Notes under the pieces: generated by a model | Told to the model about the DNA's origin: nothing | Databases searched by the model: none | What the model saw: only the letters and a program-made list of their open reading frames with translations | In this document: in pieces, positions 38,960 to 50,068 of the stretch | Numbering within the stretch: position 1 is the first letter of the stretch | How the letters are laid out: each line of letters starts with the position of its first letter | Origin: an uncultured Flavobacteriales bacterium | Lineage (GTDB): Bacteria > Bacteroidota > Bacteroidia > Flavobacteriales_D > Parvicellaceae | Length of the DNA stretch: 64,000 bases | NCBI GenBank assembly: GCA_964419055.1 | Contig: CAYQNU010000010.1 | Location: 16,202 to 80,201 of the forward strand | Direction of reading: 5' to 3' | Program-made: the position numbers and the translations under genes

Positions 38960-39448
38960 TTAATGGTGATGACCACCTTCTCCATGAACGTGTCCGTGAG
39001 CAATTTCTTCATTTGAAGCAGCTCTTACATCAACAATCTCGACATCAAAAGTAAGATCCATTCCAGCCAATGGGTGATTCATATCCAGTGTAACATCATC
39101 GCCTTCAATTTTTGTAACTACTGCAATCATTGGTCCTTCATTGGTTTCTACTTGCACTTCCATACCTTCCATCAACGTTTCTTCACCTTCAGATTGAAAA
39201 CCACTTAAGGGAACAATCTCCAATAATTCATCATAATATTCACCGTAAGCATCTTTAGCATTTACGTGAGCTGTTAACTTATCACCTGCTAATCTACCTT
39301 CTAATTGATTTTCAAGACCGGGAATTAAAGCTCCTACTCCGTGTAAATAAGTTAATGGATGACGACCAGCAGATGAGTCCAATAATTGACCCTCTCCATT
39401 TGTCAATGTGTAGTGAACTTGCACTACTGAGTGTTTGGTTATATTCAT
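38960..39448 (-). CDS. slyD: FKBP-type peptidyl-prolyl isomerase SlyD with His-rich tail
   Basis: FKBP core with an IF-domain insert. The tail is EIAHGHVHGEGGHHH. Confidence 0.85.
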   Translation of the reverse strand: MNITKHSVVQVHYTLTNGEGQLLDSSAGRHPLTYLHGVGALIPGLENQLEGRLAGDKLTAHVNAKDAYGEYYDELLEIVPLSGFQSEGEETLMEGMEVQVETNEGPMIAVVTKIEGDDVTLDMNHPLAGMDLTFDVEIVDVRAASNEEIAHGHVHGEGGHHH

Positions 39449-39469
39449 TATTATTTGTATTTCTATCTA

Positions 39470-39904
39470 TTATTCCATAAAACCTACCATAATTGATACA
39501 CATCCTTGGCTTTCAATACCATTTGCTGATTTCGCCTCTGGAATCGTAACTTCCACAATTAACTGTTGTGTAGATGCTACTTTAAAATCAAAAATATTGG
39601 CTTTTTTGGTTTTTGAGTTGTAAATTTCATTTCTGTCTACGTCCAAAATTCTAAAGGTCATACCTTTTAATTGTTCTTGTGCACAAACTAAAATACGGTA
39701 TTTTTGACCGCTGTAAAAAGTTAGTAATATATCGGCTTTATCACCAGGAAACAAAATGGCAGAGTTTAACTGTCCATTGTGTATGTAGGGAGCCATAGCG
39801 GGTCTACATTCTTTTTTTGCATACGTTCTGCAACTCTGACCGAATGAAAGATTTGTAAATGATATTACTGCTACAATTACTAGTAATGCTTTAAGTGTTT
39901 TCAT
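39470..39904 (-). CDS. secreted hypothetical protein
   Basis: Signal peptide ..LSFGQS and four Cys residues; no motif recognised. Confidence 0.55.
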   Translation of the reverse strand: MKTLKALLVIVAVISFTNLSFGQSCRTYAKKECRPAMAPYIHNGQLNSAILFPGDKADILLTFYSGQKYRILVCAQEQLKGMTFRILDVDRNEIYNSKTKKANIFDFKVASTQQLIVEVTIPEAKSANGIESQGCVSIMVGFME

Positions 39905-39924
39905 AGATTCTAAAATGTAAATGG

Positions 39925-40809
39925 TTAATTAGTAATATCTGCTCTAATTTCTGCAATTTTTTGAGTTAATTCTTTCAAAAGATCATCAGACATTTCTAAT
40001 TGAATTTTCTGCCCAACTACAGGCATTCCCTCTTCATCTGCATTGTTTTCGGTAACTTTCACTTCTTTAATTTGATCAAAAATAGTTTTCAATTCTTCAT
40101 AGGAAACTATTATTTCTTCCAAACCTTTAGAATTTTCGTAAGATTTTAATAGATTGAGTAAATTTTCAATTGAATATTTTTGTTCAGCAATTCTTTGTTT
40201 GATCTCTTCATTTTTTGGATTCAATACCGACAATTGCGTGGCTAAATAGATACCTTCTAACCAACCTCCAGCTACAATAAGGGCTGAAACATTTTCACGA
40301 CCTTCATCCATTAATTGATTATCAATTTGCCAAAAAGTTTCTGAAATAATGGTTTGCATGGAATCTTTATTCTCGACATTTTCTTCAATTCTACCGGTTA
40401 CTTCTTTGGTAAATACCCCTCCAACACCTAAATCGTTACCCAACTTTTCAGCACAAGACAAAAACATATACATGTCATTTGATTGATTAAAAACACTGGC
40501 ATAATTTAAGTCGGCTCCATAGATACCCATAGCTAAAGCCTGGTTTACGACACCACTAAAACCATCCAACTTTTTAGGATCTAAGGGTAAATTCCATTCG
40601 TAAGTTGCCCCTGCTTGTTTTAGAATATTAACTGTTTCTACTGGTGAAGGTATATTGAAAAATATATTTTCGATATTTTCAGTTCTGTCCTCTAATTCAG
40701 ATTTCACTTCTACTACTTTTCCGTCTCCTGTAGTATCTTTATCACCACCACAAGAAACAAGCAAAACGGACGATGTCAGGACGCAAAAAACGTTTTTAAT
40801 TATAGACAT
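39925..40809 (-). CDS. lipoprotein, hypothetical
   Basis: Lipobox LVSCGG; the body is predicted helical. No motif recognised. Confidence 0.55.
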   Translation of the reverse strand: MSIIKNVFCVLTSSVLLVSCGGDKDTTGDGKVVEVKSELEDRTENIENIFFNIPSPVETVNILKQAGATYEWNLPLDPKKLDGFSGVVNQALAMGIYGADLNYASVFNQSNDMYMFLSCAEKLGNDLGVGGVFTKEVTGRIEENVENKDSMQTIISETFWQIDNQLMDEGRENVSALIVAGGWLEGIYLATQLSVLNPKNEEIKQRIAEQKYSIENLLNLLKSYENSKGLEEIIVSYEELKTIFDQIKEVKVTENNADEEGMPVVGQKIQLEMSDDLLKELTQKIAEIRADITN

Positions 40810-40896
40810 AAATATATTTAATAGTTAATTTTAAATTTCGAGTGCTAAAGATAAATCAAATTATTCAAGTGGTTAAAAAAAATGGAATAAAATTTT

Positions 40897-43767
40897 CTAA
40901 TGCGCGTCTAACCAGTTATCAGCAACACCAACTTCTACTAACATAGGAACGACCATTTTAACGGCATTCTCCATTTCTTCTTTCACCAATTGTTTGATAA
41001 GGGATTCTTCATTTGTTGGAATCTCCAACAACAACTCATCATGAACTTGGAGTATCAATTTTGACTCTAACTGTTCTTTTTGAAGTCTCTTTTGAATATT
41101 AATCATTGCAATTTTAATGATATCCGCTGCAGAACCTTGAATGGGAGCATTGATAGCATTTCGCTCGGCAAACCCTCTTTCCATTCCGTTTCCTTCGTTG
41201 ATTTTGGGCAAGTATCTTCTGCGTTTCATTATGGTTTCTACATAACCATTTTGTCTGGCAAATTCAATACTTTCTTCCATATACGCTTTTATTCGCCCAT
41301 ATTTCTCAAAATAATTATCGATAATTTCCTTTGCTTCTGTTCGTGACACACCTAGACGTTGAGACAATCCAAATGCAGAAATTCCGTAAATGATTCCAAA
41401 ATTGACCATTTTGGCTTTACTTCTCATGTCTTTTGTTACCTCAGACAAAGGAACATCAAATACTTTAGCGGCTGTAGCTGCGTGAATATCCAATCCTTGA
41501 TTAAACGCTTCAATCATGCCTTGGTCGTTACTTAATGCAGCGATAATTCTTAATTCAATTTGAGAATAATCGGCTGCTAGTAATTTATACCCTTTTCCCT
41601 TTGATCGAAATGCTTTTCTAATTTCTTTACCTTTGGTACTTCTTATGGGTATATTTTGAAGATTAGGATTGTTTGAACTTAGCCTACCTGTAGCAGCAAC
41701 CGTTTGAGCAAAAGTGGTATGAATGCGACCCGTAATCGGAGATACTAATTTAGGTAAAGCGTCCACATAAGTCGATTTTAACTTACGCAGCTGGCGATAC
41801 TCCAATATCGAATCAATGATGGGATGTTTGCCTTCTAAAGCAGAAAGTGTTTGCTCATCTGTTTTATATTGACCCGTTTTTGTTTTTTTTGCTTTAGAAT
41901 CAATTTGCAGTTTTTCAAACAAAATCTCTCCCATTTGTTTAGGTGAATCAATGTTAAACTCTACCCCTGCAGCTTCAAAAATAGTTCCTTGTAAAACAAT
42001 TAATTCTTCATTCAATTGATTTGAAAATTCGTGCAACGCTTTTTCATCAATACAAATACCTTCCCGCTCCATCTGCATCAACACTTCGGTTAATGGCATT
42101 TCGATTTTGTAAAACAAATCTTCAAGATGCGAATGGTTAATTTTTTCTTTAAATATAAGGTATAATTGAAAGGTCACATCCGCATCTTCACAAGCATAAT
42201 CACTTACTTCTTCTGGTAAAAGATTGGCCATACTTTGTTGCCCTTTTCCTTTTTTACCAATCAATGATTCAATGGATACTGGAGTATATTGCAGATAGGT
42301 TTCAGACAAAAAATCCATATTATGACGTTGGTCGGGCTCCAACAAATAATGAGCAATCATGGTATCAAATTTAGGCCCTTTGATTTCAATTCCCTCTGTT
42401 TTCAAAACCGACAAATCGAACTTGATGTTATGTGCAATTTTCAATTGAGAATCGTTTGAAAAAATCTTGTCTAATATCGATTTGAAAGCATCACGCTCTG
42501 CTTTTATTTTTGGCATTGAAATGTAAAAAGCTTTGCCCAGTTCATAGGAAAAGGAAATACCTAGCAATTCAGCCGACAATTCATCCAAGCTCGAGGTTTC
42601 GGTATCAAAACAAAATTCTTTTTGCCCAGATAATAATTGAGCTAATTGCTCCAAATCGGACAATGAAACAATCAGTTTATACTGTTTATCCAAATTTTCG
42701 ATTGTGGTAAAGGGCGAAACAAACACCTTATCTTCCTGAAGTTCCAAACTATTAATTTCTTGAGAACTTGTTGCATCTCCAAAAAGTGACATTTGACCTT
42801 CAATTGATTGTGAAGCAGACGTGGACGATGATTTCTTTTGAGGAATAGTTGTTTGAGTTGGTGTATTGTTATCACTTAGCCCTTGAACATCACTATTTTT
42901 TAGCACTCTTTTTAATAGTGTTCTAAACTCGAGTTCAGAAAAAAGTTCTTGAATTTTATTCTCATTAGGCTCCTCTTTGATAAGGGCTACTTCATCTACT
43001 TCAATAGGAGCGTCTAGTAAAATGGTTGCTAATAATTTCGATAATTTACCTTGCTCAGCAAAGTTGATGACATTTTCTTTCTGTTTGCCTTTCAACTCAT
43101 CGGCATGTTCAATAAGATTCTCAACACTACCATATTGTTTGATGAGAGATTTAGCCGTTTTTTCACCAATTCCGGGTATTCCCGGTATATTATCTACGGC
43201 ATCACCCCAAAGACCCAAGATATCTATGACTTGTTCAGGCCGTTCGACTTCAAATTTTTCACAAACTTCTTTCACCCCTAAAACCTCTGCTGGATCACCT
43301 CCTTTTGCTGGTTTTAACATGAAAATATTTTCAGAAACCAATTGTGCATAATCCTTATCAGGAGTCATCATGTACGTTTGAAAACCTAATTTTTCCGCTT
43401 TTTTAGACAACGTACCAATCACATCATCTGCTTCATAACCAGGAACGCCCAATGCGGGAATATTAAAAGCTTCCAACATTTTGTATATATAGGGCACTGC
43501 TAATCGAATATCATCAGGAGTCTCATCCCTATTAGCCTTATAAGCTGGGAAAATTTCTTCTCTAATTCCTTTTCCAGGTAAATCAAAACAAACCGCAATA
43601 TGAGTAGGTTTATGATTTTCCAAAACATCTAATAATGCCGTTGTGAAACCGAAGATAGCAGAGGTATTTAATCCCGTTGAGGTAATTCTAGGATTGCGTA
43701 TAAAAGCAAAATGAGCTCTGTAAATCAATGCATAAGCATCTAATAAAAAAAGTTTTTTTTCAGACAT
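40897..43767 (-). CDS. polA: DNA polymerase I
   Basis: 5' nuclease N-terminus (LLDAYALIYRAHFA), a 3'-5' exonuclease domain, and polymerase motifs DYSQIELR, KMVNFGIIYG and QVHDE. Confidence 0.95.
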   Translation of the reverse strand: MSEKKLFLLDAYALIYRAHFAFIRNPRITSTGLNTSAIFGFTTALLDVLENHKPTHIAVCFDLPGKGIREEIFPAYKANRDETPDDIRLAVPYIYKMLEAFNIPALGVPGYEADDVIGTLSKKAEKLGFQTYMMTPDKDYAQLVSENIFMLKPAKGGDPAEVLGVKEVCEKFEVERPEQVIDILGLWGDAVDNIPGIPGIGEKTAKSLIKQYGSVENLIEHADELKGKQKENVINFAEQGKLSKLLATILLDAPIEVDEVALIKEEPNENKIQELFSELEFRTLLKRVLKNSDVQGLSDNNTPTQTTIPQKKSSSTSASQSIEGQMSLFGDATSSQEINSLELQEDKVFVSPFTTIENLDKQYKLIVSLSDLEQLAQLLSGQKEFCFDTETSSLDELSAELLGISFSYELGKAFYISMPKIKAERDAFKSILDKIFSNDSQLKIAHNIKFDLSVLKTEGIEIKGPKFDTMIAHYLLEPDQRHNMDFLSETYLQYTPVSIESLIGKKGKGQQSMANLLPEEVSDYACEDADVTFQLYLIFKEKINHSHLEDLFYKIEMPLTEVLMQMEREGICIDEKALHEFSNQLNEELIVLQGTIFEAAGVEFNIDSPKQMGEILFEKLQIDSKAKKTKTGQYKTDEQTLSALEGKHPIIDSILEYRQLRKLKSTYVDALPKLVSPITGRIHTTFAQTVAATGRLSSNNPNLQNIPIRSTKGKEIRKAFRSKGKGYKLLAADYSQIELRIIAALSNDQGMIEAFNQGLDIHAATAAKVFDVPLSEVTKDMRSKAKMVNFGIIYGISAFGLSQRLGVSRTEAKEIIDNYFEKYGRIKAYMEESIEFARQNGYVETIMKRRRYLPKINEGNGMERGFAERNAINAPIQGSAADIIKIAMINIQKRLQKEQLESKLILQVHDELLLEIPTNEESLIKQLVKEEMENAVKMVVPMLVEVGVADNWLDAH

Positions 43768-43794
43768 AATGGTCGTTATAAAAATTGGGGTAGG

Positions 43795-44802
43795 TTATAA
43801 TTTTTGATACACTGTGTGTAAAACGGTTTGACCTACAGCTTTAAGTGTATTTTTATCAATAACCGTCATATTATCACCGTGAGTATGATGAAAAGCACCA
43901 AATAATGAATAATTGGAATCGGTGTTCATATGAATGATATCCAATGTGGGTATTCCCGTCATTTGATTGATAAAGGTATGATCATCCGTAATTCCCCCAA
44001 CTGCTTTTTTAACAAAATAATTTCCATAGCCTAATTGTTCAGCAGCATTCCAAAGATTATTTACGTGTGTTGTGGCATATTGCATCGAAACACCCTCTTT
44101 AGGAAAGGTAGCATTTGCAGCGCCAACCATATCTAACAAAATACCATATTTCGGTTTATAATTAGCAATGGGAGGATTTGTGGCCCAAAATTGAGATCCC
44201 AAACACCAATCATTATACATAGATTTTAGATCTTGGTAGTTTTTATTTTCAAAAGTACCATAATCTTCGGCATCAAATAAAATAATATCTACGCCATAAT
44301 CGGGTGAAAGCAGACTAATTTGACGCGCTATTTCAAGCAAAACACCTACTCCACTTGCGCCATCGTTAGCCCCATCAATTGGTTTATATTGGTCAACAGT
44401 ATCTTTATCTGCATAAGGCCTAGAATCCCAATGGGCGCATAACATTATTCGCTCTTTAGCTTCTGGTTTATGCTGAGCTATTATATTTTTAATGTTCAAT
44501 AGTTCACCGTTCCATGCCTTTACTTGCCCTGTTTGAACAATAGTAGAAAATTGCCAATTTTTAAACTGAGACTCTAACCATAGCGCACATTCTTCATGAG
44601 ACTTTGAATTGGGTACACGAGGTCCAAAATCAACTTGTTTTTGAATATAATAATAAGCAGAATCTTGATTAAAATCGGGTGTAGGGACAGTGACTACCGG
44701 AACGGTATCTTTTTCATCAACAATGGTATCATTAATCTCTTTTGGATCATCAGAACATGCAACAAAAGACAATAATAAGCTTAAATAAATGAGTTTTTTC
44801 AT
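43795..44802 (-). CDS. M28-family peptidase / glutaminyl-cyclase-like lipoprotein
   Basis: Lipobox FVACSD. Metal-site motifs CAHWDSRPYAD, GANDGASGVGVLLE and FDAEDYG. Confidence 0.75.
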   Translation of the reverse strand: MKKLIYLSLLLSFVACSDDPKEINDTIVDEKDTVPVVTVPTPDFNQDSAYYYIQKQVDFGPRVPNSKSHEECALWLESQFKNWQFSTIVQTGQVKAWNGELLNIKNIIAQHKPEAKERIMLCAHWDSRPYADKDTVDQYKPIDGANDGASGVGVLLEIARQISLLSPDYGVDIILFDAEDYGTFENKNYQDLKSMYNDWCLGSQFWATNPPIANYKPKYGILLDMVGAANATFPKEGVSMQYATTHVNNLWNAAEQLGYGNYFVKKAVGGITDDHTFINQMTGIPTLDIIHMNTDSNYSLFGAFHHTHGDNMTVIDKNTLKAVGQTVLHTVYQKL

Positions 44803-44888
44803 GAATGGTTTAATTTCAGCTTCAAAAGTAGTACATTTTATTTGAATCTACAATTTGGGGAAACGCTCAAAATACAAAAGATAAGAAA

Positions 44889-45782
44889 TTATTTTTTATT
44901 TATGAGTACTACCCCTCCAACCAAAACTCCTAACCCAACATATTGATCCCAAGTTACCACTTCTCCCGATAACAATCCTAAAAGTGTAGCTACCACAGGC
45001 ATAAAATAGGTAACAGAAGAAGCAAAAACCGCTGAGGTCATTTGAATTACATTATTAAAAAGAAAAACAGCCAAGGCCGTCCCTACAATAGCCAAAATAG
45101 CGACAAACCCTACTCCTTCAAGTTTGAGCGGATTGCTCATTACTTCTGCAGTAAATCCAGTAAACATTAAATAAATCAAACATGGTATGCCCACCATTAA
45201 AAAAGAAGCTGAGGTAATCGTAATTGGCCTTAAATCAGATAACGTATATCGAATGGTATTAAGACTAATGGCATAACATAAAGTAGCAGCAATAACCAAT
45301 AAAAAAGGAATGATTTCATTTTGGGTGATTTCAATACCATCTAATTTACTGGAAACGATCAACCCTGTACCTACAACACCTATTGTTATTCCAACAATAT
45401 GATTCCATTTTAATTTAAACCCAAAAATTACCGTTGAAATCAATAAGGCAAACAACGGTGTGGTAGAATTTAACATACCTGTAACGGCACTATCTAAAGA
45501 AATTTGGGCATAAGAAAACAAAAATGCAGGCAACCCATTGCCACAAAATCCGGCAATTAATAAAAATTTAATGTGCCTTTTTTTAATTTGATTAGCTTGT
45601 TTGAAAAAAAAGGGAAGTAAAGCTAAAGATGCAAAAGTCATTCTCAGCGCTCCCAATTGCATAGGTTCTAAACGAATATTTCCTTCGCTGTCCTTCAAAG
45701 CATTTTTAATGAGGAAATAACTTCCACCCCAAATGATTGAAAGAAGTATGAGAAGAATCCAAGCTTTGAGTTTTACGGTCAA
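44889..45782 (-). CDS. EamA/DMT-family transporter
   Basis: Ten hydrophobic helices in two EamA-like halves. Confidence 0.75.
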   Translation of the reverse strand: MTVKLKAWILLILLSIIWGGSYFLIKNALKDSEGNIRLEPMQLGALRMTFASLALLPFFFKQANQIKKRHIKFLLIAGFCGNGLPAFLFSYAQISLDSAVTGMLNSTTPLFALLISTVIFGFKLKWNHIVGITIGVVGTGLIVSSKLDGIEITQNEIIPFLLVIAATLCYAISLNTIRYTLSDLRPITITSASFLMVGIPCLIYLMFTGFTAEVMSNPLKLEGVGFVAILAIVGTALAVFLFNNVIQMTSAVFASSVTYFMPVVATLLGLLSGEVVTWDQYVGLGVLVGGVVLINKK

Positions 45783-45951
45783 TTGATCTTTTTTTAATTG
45801 TCGGCAAAGGTAGATTTTCGAAATCTATAAAGTGGCTAAAATTCAAAAAATATACATGCTCTAAAGAATGAATTTTTATACTATAATTTGGTTAGAATTG
45901 TTTTTTAACTAAATTTAGACCCTAAATACAATTTTTGCCAAAATCCAATCT

Positions 45952-48900
45952 ATGAACCCATCATCTATTTCATTAGATTTTACTTCTATTGATCAACTCA
46001 ATATGCAAGGTTGGGACTTGAATCGAAAAGATCCAAAAAAAGCTATAGAACTAGCCAATGATGCCTTATCAGAAAGCCTAAGAAAGGATTATATCCTTGG
46101 AATAGCGCAGGCAAAAAAAACATTAGGTGCTTGTAACATTTGGCTTTCCAACCATGAAGAAGCAGTAGATTTGAGTTTTGCTTCTATACAGCTTTTTAAA
46201 GTGTTAGATTTACCCATTGAAGAAGCACAATGTTATTACAATTTGGGAACTAATTTTTATTACCTATCTGACTATGATAATGCATTGCGTTACTATATGC
46301 AATGTTACCGAACCAATGAAAAAATTGGTCATAAGCAAGGAATTGCTGACGGATTAAATGGAATGGGTACCGTTTATTATAGTATTGATGATAATGAGAA
46401 AGCAATTGAAAGCCTTCAAAAAAGTATTACCATTTGTAAAGAAATAGGTGATTATATAGTGCTACCAAAAGCTTTGGATGGATTAGGAAATGCTTATGCA
46501 AATTTAAACCACTATGATGAAGCCCTGCAATCAATGTTTGAATGCATAGAAGTTTTAACGACACATCACAGTAACAAACAAGTGGAAGCATTTGCTTTGA
46601 ATGGAATAGGTAACATCTATTTTAAAAAACGTGATTTTGAAAATGCACATAATTATTTCACCCAAAGCATCAACCTTAGAAAGGAAATCGGTTTTAAAAT
46701 AGGAGTTGCTAGCACCTTACAAAGCATTGGCAGATTGTATTTAGAACAAAAAATCAATGAAGAAGCACTCAAATACTTCAATGAAGCCATTCTTTTAAGC
46801 ACAGAAATTAATTCAAAAGAGACTCTATATAATGCTTATGAAGGCCTTTCTTTGACCTATGAAAATATAGGGGAAAAGGAAAAAGCTTTTGAAAACTTCA
46901 AAAAATTTCATCTTATAAAGGAAGAAGCCCGAAATGAAAAAGCTGATAGAAGAAGCAAGGGATTAGAACTTCAATTTAAGGTAGAACAGGCCGAAGTGGA
47001 GAAGAACCTCCTAGAAAATAAAAATAATGAGCTCAAAAAATATTTTGAAGACGTTGTTACTTTAAGTGAAATTGGAAAAAAAATCACTTCTCTACTTTCT
47101 GTTGAACAAATTATCGATACTGTTTATGAAAGCGTCAACAAACTTATAGACGCAACAGGATTTGGAGTAGGTGTTTTGAGTGACGATGGCAAATCTCTAA
47201 TTTTCCCTGGCTATATGGAAAAAGGTGTGAAAATGTCTAATTCCAAATACAATTTAAATGATGATGACCGAATGGCTGTAAGGTGTTTTAAAAACACAGA
47301 AGAAATAGTAATTGGAGATTTCGAAAAAGAACATTTAAAATACGTAAAAGTATATAAAAAGGCTGTAGTGGGTGACACTACTGAATCTCTGATTTATCTC
47401 CCGTTGACCGTTCAAAATAGAAAAATAGGCGTCATTACCGTTCAAAGTTTTGTAAAACATGCCTACCAAGAATATCATGTAAATATTTTACGGAATTTAG
47501 CGGTATACGCAGCTATTGGAATTGAAAATGCCTCTTTATATCAGAATTTGGAAAGCAAAATTGAGGAGCGAACCAAAGAAATCATTAGTCAAAAAGAACT
47601 TTTACAAAATGCCTTTGACAATACTCGATTATTGGGCGAAATAGGTCAAGAAATTATCTCTACTCACGATTTAGAGTCCATTTTCACTAAGTTGCAGAAC
47701 AACATTAATCAGTTAATGGATGCCACTTGTTTTTCTATTAGATTATATAATCCACTTGATAATACAATCGATTACCAATACACCATTGAAAAAGGTAAAC
47801 GATTAGGTAAAGTGTCTGTTTCGATGGATGACATTGATAATTACTCGGTGTGGTGTGTTACTAACAAACAAAGTATATTCATAAATGATCACGCAATAGA
47901 TTATAAAAAATATACGAAAAAAATTGTTGTTGTAACAGGAGATTTACCTGAATCATTACTTTTTTGTCCGATGATGATTGGCGATAAAGTGGTTGGGGTA
48001 ATCACAGTACAAGCTTTTGTTAAAAATGCTTACTTGCCCTATCACCTTGATATCTTAAAAACGCTTGGAGCCTATACCGCTATTGCTTTGGAAAATGCTC
48101 ATCTTCTTAAGAACATGGAAGACGAAATAAAAGAGCGTACTTCTGAGGTATTTATTCAAAAAGAAGAAATTCAAAAATCCTATGAAAACACAAAATTGTT
48201 GAGTAAAATAGGTAAAGAAATTTCGGCAGAACTATCGATAAAAGACATTGTGGCAAAAGTATACAGTAACATCAATAATTTGATGGATGCCAATATTTTT
48301 GGGATTGCCATTCACAGACCAAATGAGCAAGATTTGTTCTTTTCGGGAGCTATGGAAAAAGGAGAAAAATTACCTGACTTTTCGTTTTCCTTGACCAAAC
48401 CGAATATTGCTACTCGTAGTTTCTTAAATCGTGAAGAAATTGTGATTAATGATTGGGATAAGGAATTTAGAATGTATGTTTCGGAAGATTATTCAGTAGT
48501 AGAGGGTGAAATGCCCGAATCTATGATTTATCTTCCTCTCATCTCAAAAGAAAAGGTAATTGGTGTAATGACCGTTCAAAGTTTTGAGAAAAATATTTAC
48601 TCTGATTATCACCTCAACATTCTAAGAAACTTATCACTTTATATTGCCAGTGCTCTTGAAAACGCTAACATTTTGCTGGGCCTTGAAGAAATGGTACAAG
48701 AACGTACTCAAGAAATCGAAAAAGCCTATCAAAACACCAAATTATTAAGTCAAATAAGTAAGGATATTTCAAAAGCTCTTTCAGTAGAGACCATAATAAG
48801 TACGGTTTATTCAAACATCAATACGCTAATGGATGCTACATCCTTTGGTATAGGAATTTACAACAATTCAACAAAATCAATCGTTATGAAAGGTTTTATT

Positions 48901-50055
48901 GAAAAGGGGGTGAAAATGAATGATTTTGAATATTTTGTTGCGGATGAACGTTTGGCCAGCTATTGTTATCGCAATAAAAAAGAAATTTTTATCAATAATT
49001 ATTTTGAAGAATATTCGAATTATATAAAAGGAATTCAAAATCCTGTTTCAGGAAGTGATTCGGCTAGTATAATTTATGTACCTCTTTTTTTAAAAGAAGA
49101 AGTTTTTGGGGTTTTAACGGTACAAAGTTATGAACCCAACAAATACTCAGAATATCATTTAGATATTTTGAAAGGTTTGGCCAACACGGTAGCTACGGCT
49201 CTTGAAAATGCTATTCTTTATGAAAGTTTGGAAGAGCGAGTTAAAGAAAGAACGGCCGAAGTTGTGAAACAAAAAGAAATTATTCAAGAGAAGAATAAAG
49301 ACATTACGGACAGTATACATTATGCGCTAAAAATCCAAAAAGCCATACTTCCTTCTATGAATGAAGTAAAGAGAATTTTACCAAACAGTTTTGTGTTTTA
49401 CAAACCAAAAGATATAGTAAGTGGTGATTTTTATTGGTGTACACAAATTGAACATTTTTCAGTATTTGCAGTGGCTGACTGCACCGGTCACGGGGTGCCA
49501 GGAGCCATGATGTCGGCTATATGCAACAATTTAATGACCCAGGTAATCCATGATGGAAGAATATCCAATCCAGCAGATGCTTTGGAACAGATTGATGTCA
49601 AATTAACTAGAATTCTTAATCAATCGGATACTGATCAAAAATCACGTGATAGTATGGACATTGCCCTTTGTGCAATCGACAATAGGACTAATAAGTTACA
49701 ATTTTCTGGAGTTAACCGACCATTGATTATTATTAGAAACGGAGAATTAATTGAATTCAAACCTGATAAATTCTCGTTAGGAGACAGTTCTTATGAAAAT
49801 AAAATATTCAATTTGCAGGAGGTTGATTTATTGCCGAATGATTTAATTTATATATTCTCAGATGGTTTCCCCGATCAATTTGGTGGGGATAGAGGTAAAA
49901 AGTTTAAATACCGTCAACTGCTTCAATTGCTTATAGAAATTCAAGGCAAAACAATGGATCAACAGCACGATTTAATTGATACTAAACTCAAAAATTGGAT
50001 GGGTGATATTGAACAATTGGATGATGTGTTGGTAATGGGAATTCAAGTAGCTTAA
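45952..50055 (+). CDS. multidomain signalling protein: TPR repeats + four tandem GAF-like modules + PP2C/SpoIIE phosphatase
   Basis: TPR region is ~aa 30-330. Four ~190-aa modules are each preceded by a conserved helix (LESKIEERTKEI, MEDEIKERTSEV, LEEMVQERTQEI, LEERVKERTAEV). C-terminal SpoIIE motifs are DCTGHGVPGAMMS and SDGFPDQFGG. Confidence 0.8.
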   Translation: MNPSSISLDFTSIDQLNMQGWDLNRKDPKKAIELANDALSESLRKDYILGIAQAKKTLGACNIWLSNHEEAVDLSFASIQLFKVLDLPIEEAQCYYNLGTNFYYLSDYDNALRYYMQCYRTNEKIGHKQGIADGLNGMGTVYYSIDDNEKAIESLQKSITICKEIGDYIVLPKALDGLGNAYANLNHYDEALQSMFECIEVLTTHHSNKQVEAFALNGIGNIYFKKRDFENAHNYFTQSINLRKEIGFKIGVASTLQSIGRLYLEQKINEEALKYFNEAILLSTEINSKETLYNAYEGLSLTYENIGEKEKAFENFKKFHLIKEEARNEKADRRSKGLELQFKVEQAEVEKNLLENKNNELKKYFEDVVTLSEIGKKITSLLSVEQIIDTVYESVNKLIDATGFGVGVLSDDGKSLIFPGYMEKGVKMSNSKYNLNDDDRMAVRCFKNTEEIVIGDFEKEHLKYVKVYKKAVVGDTTESLIYLPLTVQNRKIGVITVQSFVKHAYQEYHVNILRNLAVYAAIGIENASLYQNLESKIEERTKEIISQKELLQNAFDNTRLLGEIGQEIISTHDLESIFTKLQNNINQLMDATCFSIRLYNPLDNTIDYQYTIEKGKRLGKVSVSMDDIDNYSVWCVTNKQSIFINDHAIDYKKYTKKIVVVTGDLPESLLFCPMMIGDKVVGVITVQAFVKNAYLPYHLDILKTLGAYTAIALENAHLLKNMEDEIKERTSEVFIQKEEIQKSYENTKLLSKIGKEISAELSIKDIVAKVYSNINNLMDANIFGIAIHRPNEQDLFFSGAMEKGEKLPDFSFSLTKPNIATRSFLNREEIVINDWDKEFRMYVSEDYSVVEGEMPESMIYLPLISKEKVIGVMTVQSFEKNIYSDYHLNILRNLSLYIASALENANILLGLEEMVQERTQEIEKAYQNTKLLSQISKDISKALSVETIISTVYSNINTLMDATSFGIGIYNNSTKSIVMKGFIEKGVKMNDFEYFVADERLASYCYRNKKEIFINNYFEEYSNYIKGIQNPVSGSDSASIIYVPLFLKEEVFGVLTVQSYEPNKYSEYHLDILKGLANTVATALENAILYESLEERVKERTAEVVKQKEIIQEKNKDITDSIHYALKIQKAILPSMNEVKRILPNSFVFYKPKDIVSGDFYWCTQIEHFSVFAVADCTGHGVPGAMMSAICNNLMTQVIHDGRISNPADALEQIDVKLTRILNQSDTDQKSRDSMDIALCAIDNRTNKLQFSGVNRPLIIIRNGELIEFKPDKFSLGDSSYENKIFNLQEVDLLPNDLIYIFSDGFPDQFGGDRGKKFKYRQLLQLLIEIQGKTMDQQHDLIDTKLKNWMGDIEQLDDVLVMGIQVA

Positions 50056-50068
50056 AATATTTGTTTTT

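Noticed and set aside
42977-43351. 124-aa + strand ORF inside polA
   Set aside because: It is antisense to the conserved 5'-nuclease domain of polA, so it is a shadow frame.
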